A stretch of DNA of 50,167 bases from Diplonema japonicum (Eukaryota > Protista > Euglenozoa: Diplonemea): contig OZ025765.1 in assembly GCA_964019335.1 (NCBI GenBank), positions 1 to 50,167 on the forward strand, given 5' to 3'. Both the position numbers and the translations under genes were made by a program. This document shows, in pieces, positions 8,904-22,500 of this stretch. The notes beneath the pieces were generated by a model, which did not search any database, was not told the origin of the DNA, and was given only the letters and a program-made list of their open reading frames with translations. The stretch's first letter is position 1; every line of letters starts with the position of its first letter.

Positions 8904-8950
8904 GTGGGTTTGCAGGTTTGCAGGTTTGCGGGTTTGCGGGTTTGCAGGTT
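8904..8950 (+). repeat. Short decayed (GCGGGTTT)n array, ~6 units
   Basis: GTGGGTTT GCAGGTTT GCAGGTTT GCGGGTTT GCGGGTTT GCAGGTT. All variants are CpG to TpG/CpA changes. Confidence 0.9.
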
Positions 8951-9936
8951 AACAACCAATAAAGTAGTGGCTGTTCAGAATTCCATTTTCAGGACCAACT
9001 TGGGTGTTCAAAAAAAAAAATTTTTTTTACCCTCCCAGTGTTGTTATGAGAATGAGTTACCCCCCTGAAATTTTTGGATTTTTACTTACTTTTTACTTCA
9101 GAATATAGTTTAGAGATGTGTATTCCACCTAAACACCTTTCTGAACTTTTTGGTTTGCAGAAATGGGTTTATTAGGTGTTTTTAATATAAATTTCATGAT
9201 TTCTGGCTTTTTCCAGAAAAAAAATTTTAGGGTCAAAAATGGCTAAAGTGACCCCAAGTTTGGGGTCCCCTGGGAAAAAAAAATTTTTTTTTTGGCCAAA
9301 AATTTCCAAAAAAGTCTGTTTTGAGGGTGCTATAGGAGTGAGGGTCCCTAGAAAAAAAAATTTTTTTTTGCCCCCCCACCCCCCCACCCCCAGGTTTTTT
9401 CCTGTAACAACACTGAGCAGGTCTCTGGATGTGGAACTCTGAAAGTGTTTCAGCTTTTCCTGCAGCTCCTTCACCTTAAGCTGTGCAAGCCTCAGCTTTG
9501 CTTCCGTCTCAGAAAGGTGATTGGGGTTGGTTGAGGTAACTTCTACAAGGTTGTACACTTGTTCATCCACAGTTTTGGGAGGGAAGTGGAAAATGATTCC
9601 AGGCTCCTACTAACATACACAAGCAGCTGCAACCCTAGGAATGACACCAACAATCATACCATCCCAAGCCACTGCCTTGTCAGTTGCAGTTGGTATCGTG
9701 TTTTTACCACCAGTAGTTCTTCAATTTTAGTAGTGGCACATGGCTTTGAGGAGGAAGATGAAGACAAACAGGAACCAGTACTGTTACTCCTTTTTCTTTT
9801 CTTCTTGTTGTTGTTGTTGTTGTTGTTGTTGTCATCTCTCAGTACCTGTATAACATCTTTTCTTGTAGACATCTGTTTATACGTTTGAACTCCACAGCAA
9901 AAAAAAAGGGGGGATGTGGTGTTGTGGTTGTATCTT

Positions 9937-10037
9937 GTCCAGTCCAGTTCAGTCTGGTCTGCTCTGGTCCAGTCCAGTCCAGTCCGGTCTGGTCCAGTCT
10001 GGTCTGGTCCAGTCCAGTCCAGTCCAGTCAGTCCAGT
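9937..10037. repeat. 5-bp microsatellite of CCAGT/CTGGT/CCGGT units
   Basis: Visible mixture of units, best explained as a decayed (CCGGT)n. A shorter tract lies at ~10842-10868. Confidence 0.85.
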
Positions 10038-10845
10038 GTTGGTCAGTCATCCCATCCCCTAAAACAGAATACAGGCCTGGATGGGACTCACAGGACTCCA
10101 CAGGACAGGACTCAACAGGACTCATGGGACTCTCCCCAACACTGTCATTATTTTTGATAGTTTTGCAACTTTTTTTTTTTTTTTTTTCTCTTTTTTTCCC
10201 TTTGGAAAAAAAAAAAAAAAAAAAATGGGGAAAAAAAAAAAGAGAAAAATCCTTGATTGACATACATGATGTGTTTACCTTTTTTTTTTCTCCTTCTTTT
10301 TTTCTTGTCTTCTCACATTTTTTTGCACACCTAAGCCAAGCTGTTGTTTCTGCTTTCCACATCAAATGTTGTATTTGGATGTAATAGAAAAGGGGAAATA
10401 ATAAATAATATGTATAAGAGGAGGGTGTGTATGTTTATACAACCTGTGTAAACAGATTGGTTCCTTGCTTTCAGCACCATGCCCCTAAATGCATGCAATG
10501 TACAGCTCAACTCCTGCATCACACTGCCTGTTTGTTGCACATATTTTCATGTTCTTGTATCCCCCCCCCCCCCCCCCCCACCTGAAAATAATATATAGGA
10601 GATAAATATATGAGTTATAGGAGGCTGGTGTTGGCAGCACCCTGTACAAGAACTGTCTACTTATTACGGGGGTATACTGCAGCTGAGTTGTAGCTTCTTC
10701 TGCATTCTGCATTGTTTCCTTAATCACCACGGCCAGGATGTAGCTTCTTCTGCGTTCTACATCATGCCCTTAATCACTGCAGCCAGGTTGTAACTCCTGT
10801 CCCTTGGAGTCCCCTGAGTCCCTCAAGGGTCTGGACCAACACTGG
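10033..10845. mobile_element. Possible MITE or non-autonomous DNA transposon
   Basis: Inverted 12-mer CCAGTGTTGGTC (10033-10044) / GACCAACACTGG (10834-10845), plus inverted GGGACTC-rich subterminal motifs (~10083-10130 vs ~10795-10822). Confidence 0.45.
10484..10790 (-). repeat. CpG-decayed copies of a dispersed non-coding repeat also found at ~40957-41000 and 47021-47545
   Basis: 10612-10725 aligns by eye to the reverse complement of ~47435-47545, and 10484-10515 to ~47408-47440. Confidence 0.8.
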
Positions 10846-11598
10846 TCTGGTCCAGTCTGGTCTAGTCCTAATTAGGATTCACCCATCACTGATGTCAGCT
10901 TTGGGCAGCTTCTGGAGTACTTCTTCTCTATATGTCCTCTGCTCATCCTTCTTTTTCTTCTTTATGCCTTGCCCTTCTATTCCAACATCCAGTTGCACCA
11001 GCAGACTCCACTCCCATGGGGGAAAGGGTGATGAGTTGTGAAGAGGTGCTCTTTTGTACTTATTCAATTTGTTCTCATTGATTGCCCTGCTCCTTGCCTT
11101 AAAGAGCCAGGTTCCTCTTGCTGTCCCTGCCCCCATTGCTGCAGTGTGCCCACTTGTCCCCTCCATCCTTACAAGCTTCTCATACATGGATGACGTCTCG
11201 TATTTTATCATCTCCCATACCGGCCATAGCCTTGTGATTTTCAGGAGGTCTTGGATAGGTGTTGTAGGAAGGCAGCCTGTTATGATGCGTGTTCATCCAG
11301 GTGGGATAGTGAATCCCCCACTTGGCCAACAAGTAACAAAAAAAGAAAGTGCATTCACACAAAATTTAAAAAGAGAGAGAGCACAAGAAATTAAAAAAAA
11401 AAAAAAAAGAGAACAAGTGTATGAATAGAAGAATGCTATGGAAGAAAAGAGAAATAAAAAGTTTGTGAGCAGCAACCTTATCTATCCCTGTTTACCCCCC
11501 CCCCAATTTTTCAATACACTTACCTGTAAAAAAACGTAACCCAAAAGCAAGCTAGGGCTTACCTCTCCTCAACACAATTTAAGAAGAATGTCTTTTTA

Positions 11599-13206
11599 AT
11601 GGGATTTTTGAATATGGTCACGAAGAGGAAAGCACCATCTGTGAGCCTGCAGGTTGTGTTCCCAGGATCAAGAACCATCAGCATCGAGGCAGAGGCCAAT
11701 GAACAGATGAAAACAGTGAAGGAAATGGTGGCGAAAGCAGCAGATCTTTCTGCAGATAACTTTTCTCTCACCTTCGAAGGGGAGGAGGTAGGCAGTGAAG
11801 ATGACACAAGGCTCGTCTCGGATCTGCCTTTCGAGGATCAGAGCGTTCTTCAGGTGGTTGTCAGTGAGAAGTACAAGAAGCAAGAAGCCTTGAAGAAGCT
11901 TTCTGTTCTGGGGTGGGAAGGATCGACACCTGAAGATGTTAAAGCAAAAATGGAGCGTGTAAAGTACCTTCGGGTGAGACATCGAGCTCCTGCAATATGC
12001 GAGGATAAGAAGTACTGGTATGTTTTTGCTGCGATGGTAGATGCAGGACTCTGTGAAGACAAGGATACGTTGGGGGACCTGTTGGTTTATTTTGCTGAGA
12101 ACAACTTTGTTCGTTGCATAGAGCTATTCATAACACGTACCAACGTTGACGCAACAGGGCGGTTCGGTTTGAATGCTCTGCAAACTGCTTCGAGATACGG
12201 TTTTGCAGACGCTGTGTCCCTTCTCCTGGCAGCACATGCAGATGTGCTTGTAACAACAAGAGAGAACATGACCCTTCTCCACTTAGCAACAGGCGAGGCT
12301 GTTGTGCGCCTCCTCCTCACAACACCCATTGATGTCAATGCAAAGGATGCTTCAGGACGTACTCGGCTATGCCTTGCATCGCTTAACGGAGAAATAGGTG
12401 TGATTACCCTCCTCCTTGAATCGTCTGCCGATGTTAACAAGAAGGACAGTAGTGGCAACTCACCACTTCACCTTGCACAAAACGGGGATGTTGTTGCTTG
12501 CCTGCTTCAAGCCAAGGCGATCGACGTGAACGCCAGGAACGTATTCAGTCGGACTCCGCTCCACTTCACCGTGAATGCAAAGTGCGTCAATGCTTGTTCT
12601 TGTCTCCTTGCATCGTCTGGCGATGTGCATGTGAAAGACAAGTATGGCAACACGCCTCTTCACTATGCTGCAGCACGCAGCCTTAGTAGCATCTCGTCCC
12701 TCCTCCTTACTTGGTCCGCCAATGTGAATGCAAAGGACAACAAAGGGGGAACACCGCTGCATTTGGCAAGGAATAAGAACATGGCTGCCTTACTGCTTCG
12801 TCACGGGGCCGACGTTGATGTAAGGAACTGCAATGGAGAAACCCCTCTGCATGTTGCTTCTCTGCACTGCCGTGCAGATGTGGTGTTGGCCCTGCTTGCA
12901 GCGTCTGCTGATGTGAACACACTAGACCACGATGGGAAGACAGCGCTTTTCTTGGCACCAAAAAGGCACATTGCGGCACAGCTCCTACTGCACAAGGCCG
13001 ACGTGAACACCAAAGCGAGAAACGGTGTGACCCCTCTGCACCAGGCTGTCTGCCATGGGGACCACAGCATTGTGTCCCTCCTCCTCGCATCAGGTGCCGA
13101 TGTGAGCACAGAGGACGCCCATGGCAACACAGCTTTGCATCTTGCAAGAGGTGAAAAAATCGTCTCAGCTCTTAAAAAATCGTCACAGTCCTCTCGGATG
13201 TTGTGA
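11599..13206 (+). CDS. Ubiquitin-like domain plus long ankyrin-repeat protein
   Basis: UBL-like N-terminus (LQVVFPGSRTISIE..VKEMVA..LTFEGEE..LQVVV) and about ten G-x-TPLHxA ankyrin motifs. Confidence 0.9.
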   Translation: MGFLNMVTKRKAPSVSLQVVFPGSRTISIEAEANEQMKTVKEMVAKAADLSADNFSLTFEGEEVGSEDDTRLVSDLPFEDQSVLQVVVSEKYKKQEALKKLSVLGWEGSTPEDVKAKMERVKYLRVRHRAPAICEDKKYWYVFAAMVDAGLCEDKDTLGDLLVYFAENNFVRCIELFITRTNVDATGRFGLNALQTASRYGFADAVSLLLAAHADVLVTTRENMTLLHLATGEAVVRLLLTTPIDVNAKDASGRTRLCLASLNGEIGVITLLLESSADVNKKDSSGNSPLHLAQNGDVVACLLQAKAIDVNARNVFSRTPLHFTVNAKCVNACSCLLASSGDVHVKDKYGNTPLHYAAARSLSSISSLLLTWSANVNAKDNKGGTPLHLARNKNMAALLLRHGADVDVRNCNGETPLHVASLHCRADVVLALLAASADVNTLDHDGKTALFLAPKRHIAAQLLLHKADVNTKARNGVTPLHQAVCHGDHSIVSLLLASGADVSTEDAHGNTALHLARGEKIVSALKKSSQSSRML

Positions 13207-13350
13207 TGATGGGAAAAATAAACCTGGTTGTATTTTTGCAGACCATACAGACTTTGCAACCTCAAAATTCCCCCCCCCCCTTTTTTTTGAGGGAGATTTT
13301 AGGATTGGGTTTATAAGGTACAATACCAAAGTGCAGGGCTTCTGTAGTAA

Positions 13351-15564
<2,214 letters not shown>

Positions 15565-15889
15565 AAAGCCAGTGTAACGTATTAAGTCGAGAATTAAAGA
15601 AGAAGAAAAAATATCCAGCTAGCCTTCCAACACAACACAAGAGTCAAACGAGTTCAGCCATTGCAGCCATTGTTTTGAAAAATAGCAATTTTCTGTGTCC
15701 TTCTTCGAACACAAGGGTGAGGGGATGCTAAACAGGTTTTAGAGATATGAGACTATAACTTTCAAAAAAAGAAAAGAAAATTGTTATAACCTTTTTTTGC
15801 CATGCAACTTTTTTAAAAACACCTTCTCTTCCCTGTCATTAGATAAAAAGCCGTTAAAAAAAGGTTCAGAAACGAAAAAAAAAACAAAA

Positions 15890-15900
15890 GTACTTTATTG
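15890..15900 (+). other. Possible SL relic (3' 11 nt of the spliced leader)
   Basis: GTACTTTATTG lies 20 nt upstream of the ATG at 15921, in sense orientation. Confidence 0.5.
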
Positions 15901-15920
15901 GCAGAAAAAAAAAAAAAAAA

Positions 15921-18068
15921 ATGAACAAAGACTGGACCCAGTTGCATAGTCTGCTGTCAGCACAGCCCTGCAGGTCCTGCAAAGGTGACACGGTGATGGT
16001 GCTGGGGTACATGGGGTGCGGGAAGACAGTGACAGTGCACTGCCTGGCGGGGTCGGACCTGTCTCTCAATCACTTCGAGGAGGTGGACATCTTGCACTGC
16101 GGCAAAGGGGCGCGTGACCTGGTGGTGGGGAACAAGTCAAGCAGTGTGTACCAGGTTGCAACAGCCGAAGATGGACTGCAGCTTGTCGACACGCCTGGCT
16201 GCGCAGGGTGAGCGAGGCAGCCCGCAGCCTTCAGCACGAGCTTCTGAAGAAGTGCGTCGAGGGTTGTAGGCAGCTGCGGTTCTTGGTGCTGCTCAACGTG
16301 CACCTTAACAGCAACAGGATGGATGCACTAAAACGTACGGCTGCTGACTGCGACAGGCTCTTCACCTCCTTCGGCTTGGAGTGCGCCCTGCAGGCCACAA
16401 CCTTCGCATTTACCTTCGGGGACAGCGACACATATTATAAAGACAAACCACTGCACTCGATCAACAAGGTTTTGGAGGACGCCCCACCTACCCGTCGTGC
16501 CGTCTACCGCGAGATGCAGCGTCAGGTACAGCAGCAAGGCACCCTGCTCATCAATATCTCCGATGTCACCACCACGAAAACCCGCCTGCTGCAGGCAAAC
16601 ACAACACCCGTCAGCTGCCCGCATGCGAAGCTCGACAGCAAGACGGAGATCTTCCTTGCAGGGCAAGTGGACACCCTGTATGCCAACATGCGGCGGGAGC
16701 TGTTTGGTGACATCCGCTCACAGTGGAGCTTTCTTGAGGACTTGAACAGCACCCTCTCTTGCAAGGAGACAACAAATCTGCTCCGGCAGTGGGAGAAGGA
16801 GGTGCATAGTTACAAAAGCAGCTCGAGGGCATCAAGGCTAGTTTGGAGCTGTACTTTGTCCCATGCACAAGCTCCCCTGCAGGCACTGTGCTGAGCGGGC
16901 ACGGATCCTTCGAGAGGCTCCGCGAGGCCTTTGGTAAACGGTGCCTTGGGCTGCCTTGGGATGCGGCAGATGCAGAGAAGCACTTCGCCGACAGCTGTTC
17001 AAAGCCAGCCCTGCTGCCCGTTTGTAACGATGTGAAGGACCTGTCACACGCGTGTTTCCAGCTCCTGCACAATGCGGAAGACAAGTTCATGAGGGAGTTC
17101 GACAAGATGCTGCGCCGCGCTGCCGGACAAGAGGGCTGCGATGTTGATTGCGAAGACACTCGACACACACAGAGGCGCCCTACACGACAACATGCGTAAG
17201 AAGCTACATGACATGCTGAAGGATGTGCTCGAAAAACCATGAAGTCGTTCACCACCGTGCACATCAGGCCTGTCGCCTACAGGGTGGACTTCCTACTGTC
17301 GGGGGCTGCTGGCCCGCTCTCCAGACACATTGACACTGCACTTGTGGACGACATCGAAGTCATGAAGAAACGGCTGGAGAGTGCTGTGTGTGAGGTGTTC
17401 GACTCCGTCCACCGAAAGGACGGGAGTACTGACAGAGATAGAGTTGAGTTCTGGCTGCAGGAGGTGCCAAAGATGCGGCACGAGTCACTGCAAGGGCTGA
17501 GGTGCCGTGTGGGTGTTCTGAAGGTGCGTTTGGAGATACTGTGGGGACCCTTGGCCGATGAGGCAGCGGAAATATTCTCGAAGCAGACACCCAACAGAGT
17601 CAAGCACGTTGTGGAGAGGCTTGCACTGCGCCGCAACGAGCCATGCGCCGACAAGGAGTTAGATGAACTGGACCAGAGACTGCTGAAAATGTGCACCATT
17701 CCGCTGTCCGTCCCCTTCATGCGCACCTTCGTCGATGAGGCACACTGCCCTGACCTGTTGCAAGACACCCATAGGGAATGCACCATGAAGCTCGAGGAAG
17801 TGAGAGGCTGGGGGTGCCAGCAGAGAAGGTGGTGAAGATGCTCAGCGAAAGGACACTGTCGCCTGAGATCGAGCAGGAGCTGATCTGGGAGGGGTACACG
17901 TCCTTCGAGATCTACTACGAGATCCACAAGCGGGCGGTGTTCATTAAGAAGCGTGACGAGGCGCTTAAGAAGCGGGGCATAAAGCGTATCAAGTACTGCA
18001 CACTGTGTTTGCGTATCGATTGCAATGTCAGTCCCGTTTCCTTCGATGTGGAGGTGGACTTGCCATAG
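15921..18068 (+). pseudogene. Fragmented gene with an N-terminal P-loop GTPase-like domain
   Basis: GYMGCGKT (Walker A) and LVDTPG (G3-like). Coding-like GC-rich sequence continues through five ORFs in changing frames (15921, 16208, 16843, 17239, 17778). Confidence 0.7.
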
Positions 18069-18569
18069 CTTTCGAATGCAAATCAAAATTGCAGCTTCCT
18101 TCTTCTTTTTTCAGAGGAGGTACTCCGTGCCATCTAGCCACAATGGCACTTGTGGTTCCGCAGGGTTCTCTTTACTAGTGTTATTGTTAATGGGTTAAAG
18201 CATTTTTTCAAAATGACCCTCCATTCTTATTTTCGTTCTCTTTGCTTGCAACAAGGGGAATCCAACCTGGTTACTCGCTTTTTACTTTTCTAAGACAACG
18301 TTCACATGCAGCGCTGTTTAACAGAGTTTTAAACTGAGGACTTTGCACTGTACATCTTTTTTTTTATATTTTGCATGAACAGGGAAAACAATATATTGTC
18401 AATGAATTGTTAGTGCTAGAAAGAGTAGTGGTGGCATAGTTGGGCTTATCCTTCTACAGGTTAACCCCCGGCTGTGCACAAACAACACTGCTGAGCGCCT
18501 TTGGACTTTTATCACCTTGACGTTAAAAGATCGATTTTTTATTATGCCTTTCATCTCAACCCCTTTGAC

Positions 18570-18978
18570 CATGAACTCACAGATCTTATGTCATGTCGAT
18601 CAACGGGTCGAGCGCTCTGCTGTAGTGCTGAAGGAGGTCTTGGGGCAAGCTTTCGCAGGATTTGAAATAAGAGCTGCAGGAGATGGACGTTCTCGTGGAG
18701 AGAACGCTCAAACACTTCCTCCTCGAATGCCCAGCATCCCAAAGGCAAGGATTAAACCCTTCAACACTCTGACGCTGAAACACATCCTTGTGGACGACCC
18801 CCAAAAGGCAATCCTGTTTCTTGAAGAGACCGAAAACAGCACAGCAGCAGACCAATCTGACGAGATTAGATAGTGCAAAAGAAAACAAAGCCCCTTTCCC
18901 CCCACTCCAACAACGTCAACACCTCCTCCCTTTTCTAGGGGCATTCGGATCTCGCACAGAGTTTGCATGACATCGAAG

Positions 18979-19017
<39 letters not shown>
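18570..19017 (+). mobile_element. Decayed 3' fragment of a LINE (I/Ingi-like C-terminus) with poly(A)
   Basis: An alternative frame at ~18698-18736 reads ERTLKHFLLECPA (LINE C-terminal zinc-knuckle type), followed by LVDDPQKAILFLEE and an A-run at 18979-19017. The tail motif recurs at ~47180-47235. Confidence 0.5.
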
Positions 19018-19018
<1 letters not shown>

Positions 19019-19512
19019 ATGAGTGTCACAGTGTTCGTAAAGAAAAAAGCGGAGATTGGTGTGCTCGTTTGTGTAGATGGAAGTTCAAACTGCTTTGGGA
19101 GGAGAAGATTCTCAGCAGGTTCGGGATAGAGAGGTCCAGGGGACTGCTGCCTCACTACTGCTTCTGAGGCGTCCCTCCAGGCCCACCTTGCCACCGCATT
19201 CTCCTCACCACCCTTCCAGCTCCATGCTGTGGCCGCGAGCCAAGGCATGTGGTTTGTTTTTTCAGTGCGCTTATGCGCATTTGCTTCCCCCCCCCCCCCC
19301 CCCCCATTTCTTCCAGCCTCTTTGTTCGAGCAGAAAACTCCCTGCCGATGGCCCCATCTCTACCTTCTCTGTGGGGATATACACTTTCCTTGTGATAGTA
19401 CTTAATCAAAGAGTAGTAGCTCCCTTTATATTTCCTTTCCTCGAGCCCATGTCAAAAAAGATCCACACACACACAGGTTACTTTAAAAAAAAAAAAAGAA
19501 GAAAAAAAAAGG

Positions 19513-22500
19513 ATGACGCTGGCTGCCGTGCTGGCGCTCGCCATGGCTGGGCTTCCCACCATGGAGCACTACAAGTACTCGCTGAGCGCGGGGGGCGACA
19601 TCCAGCTTCCGTTGGAGGGGGAGGAGGAGGAGCAGTTCTCGCGGGCTGCAGCGACGTTGGGGGCCACGCCGTTCACGTCGACGCAGCTGCTGTGGCCGAA
19701 CGGACACGCTCACTACTATGTGGAGACGGCGAAGACGAACGCGGGGAACCCTGCTGACCACTTCCTGCAGAGTGGGGACAGCAGGATCACGGCGGCTGTC
19801 GCACACTGGGAGACGCACACCTGCATCAGGTTCACGAAGTGCAGGTCGTATGCAAGCTGCCCGAAGCCCTTCATGTACTTCGTTTCCGACAAAAGTCAGT
19901 GCAACTCGTTCGTCGGGGTGCACTACACGAAGGTGAACCAGATCAACCTGCAGAAAGGCTGCTCCGTTGGCGCGACCATCCACGAGATCGGGCACGCCCT
20001 CGGCCTCGCCCACGAGCAGTCCCGAAACGACCGAGACCAGTACGTTTATGTGGACTTCAACCAGATCAAGTCGACCCCACCCTCAGACTTCAGGTCGAAC
20101 TTCTACAAATCGGGTACGAACGGGCGCGACATCGGCAGCTACGACTACAGGAGCATCATGCACTACGGGCCGACAGGCTTCGCCAAAGGATCGCTCCCGA
20201 CGATCGTCTCCCCGCAACCGATCGGGCAGAGGTCGGCCCTGTCTGAGGGAGACATCGCAACGATCCACTTCATGTACAACCGTTGCAAGAGACGGTTCCC
20301 GAAGCCGACCTGCACCTCGTCCCTTGGCAGCACCGCGACCCGGCGCGTGATCCCCTACTCCAAGCCCTTCACGGTGGAGTTCAATGCACTCTACGGATCG
20401 GGCATGACCGTGAGCTACGGTGGCGCGATGGCACCCCCTGGGCCCAGGATGTCGTACAGCAAGTCGTCTGGGTCTAGCCTCGGGAAGGTGGGGAACACGA
20501 AAGTGACCTTCACGCCTTTGAGGTGGCAGAGGGGAAGGGACTACACGATGCGAGCGACCTTCACTGGGAGCGACGGCAAGGCGGAGACGTGCAGCGTGGA
20601 CGTCACTGTGGCGGACTCCGACACGGTTTGCTTCGGGGTGGCCTCGACAGATCCGAAGGTCTGCTCGGGGAGGGGGACCTGCGGGACGGACCTCCTCGCC
20701 CCCTGCACCTGCGACGGGGCGTACGGTGGGCTTCAGTGCTTCGGCTACGCGAACTGCCCTGACAACCAGCTCCTCTCCTTCGATGAAGATGTTGGCAGTG
20801 TGAACAACTTTGGGGACATCGGGGTCGAGGTTGGCTTCGCAGCGAAGGGTGGCGGCTCCCTGCGTGTCGGCACTGTCGGAGACCCTTCTGCCAACGGGCA
20901 GGGTTCGCTCACCCTCACCAAGAACTCTAAACCCGAGCGCATCACCTTCTACATGTCGAAGTTCGCCGACCCCACGTCCTCACCCTCGATCTACTTCCAA
21001 GACAGGACTACCGGGTCGATCTGCTTCGTAACAGGGATCAACAACGGGGCGTGGCACCTCAACTTCGCCTCCATCAGTGCCGCCACCACCCCGAAGACCT
21101 TCTTCTTCTTCGACATCCAAGTTGACTGGGCGGCTTCGAAGGTTAGCGTTTCCGTTGACGGGAAGCAGGAGGTGAAGGACAGGTCGTTTGTTCATTCCTG
21201 TGACTCTGGGATGAACTACGTGGCTATGTTCAAGGGAGGGTACTACGATGAGTTCCACTTGTGGTGCACGAGCTACCTGCAGACGAGTGGCTCCCTCATC
21301 GAAGGGATCACGCAGGAGGGTCTCCGGGCAGGGGGTGCGACACTGACCCTGACGCTCGTTGGTGACCACGACGAGTGGGTGAACACCGCGGCCACGAAGC
21401 AGAAGGTTGTGGCGTCGATGGAGGCGAGCTTCCCGAACGCTGCTGGGTGGAACGCGCTCGAGTCGACGATGCTGGACACCTCTCTGGTCTCTGTCTCCGG
21501 AGCGGTGCTGACGATCGGTCCCCTGCGCCCCGCCCCGACCTTCTCCATCGAGGGGTCTGAGACGGTGTCCATCGGGTTCACGGCTGACATGTTCACGAGC
21601 GGCACCCCTCCTGCATACTCCAGGGATGAGGCTTCTTTCCTCATCCCTGGCGACTGCACCTCGGGTGTCTTCCTCCCCTTCGACAGCCTCTCTGACGAGA
21701 GCTCCAGGGTGGTTGAGGTCAGCAAGTCAGTGAAGAAAGAGGGAGCCGGGTCCCTCACTTGGACAGACTACCGTTACGTGTACGACATCCCGGTCGGTGG
21801 CATCCGCCCCCCCACCGCAAGCTTCTATGGAAGGGTCGGTAGTTCAGCATCCAGACTGACCTTCACGATGAAGGATTCTACTGGCCAGCAGCTTTCCATG
21901 ATCTTTAACAACAATGGGAAAATCGTCTTCAACACCGGGACTTGGAACTTCCTCTCAGTCACCATCAACCCCAACAAGTGGTACCTCGTGAAATTCGAGT
22001 TCAATTGGGCAACGAACAAGGTAAAGGTGAAGGTTGGTGGGCGACAGAAGTTCTCGGGCTCCTTCCCGAGCACTTTCAAGAACATTGCCACGCTGCGCCT
22101 GAGTTCCACCACCTCCTCCACCGGGGTGTACATCGACTCCATCCGCTTCACCTGTCCTGTGAGGGAGCCCCTCTTCGACGTGTCCCCCTCCTGCCCTGTC
22201 CCTGGGGAGGACGCGCCAGTCTTCCACATCTACCAGGCCTCCGACGCGCTGTCTCCCTCTGACCACCTTGCCATCGTGCCCGCGACCGCCACGGACTGCT
22301 CCTCTGCTGATGTGCAGTGCTCTGCCCTCGACGCCTGCTCGAGCTCTGTCGGGTCGCTTGTGCAGGTGGGTGGTGGTGCCACCGAGTGGAGCCCTGGAAC
22401 CCTCCCCTCCCTGAGCCCTCAGACAGAGTACAAGATGTGCTACTACCCTTCCAGCCACGGGAGCTACATCATGCTCGACAGTACTTTCACGACCTGTGGG

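Noticed and set aside
9400-9872. Short minus-strand ORFs (possible decayed gene)
   Set aside because: Split by stops and a frame change in the CpG-decayed zone; no recognisable motif.
10879-11211. Possible Ingi-like RT/RNase H linker fragment (PPW...SDG)
   Set aside because: Resemblance is too weak to call without a search.
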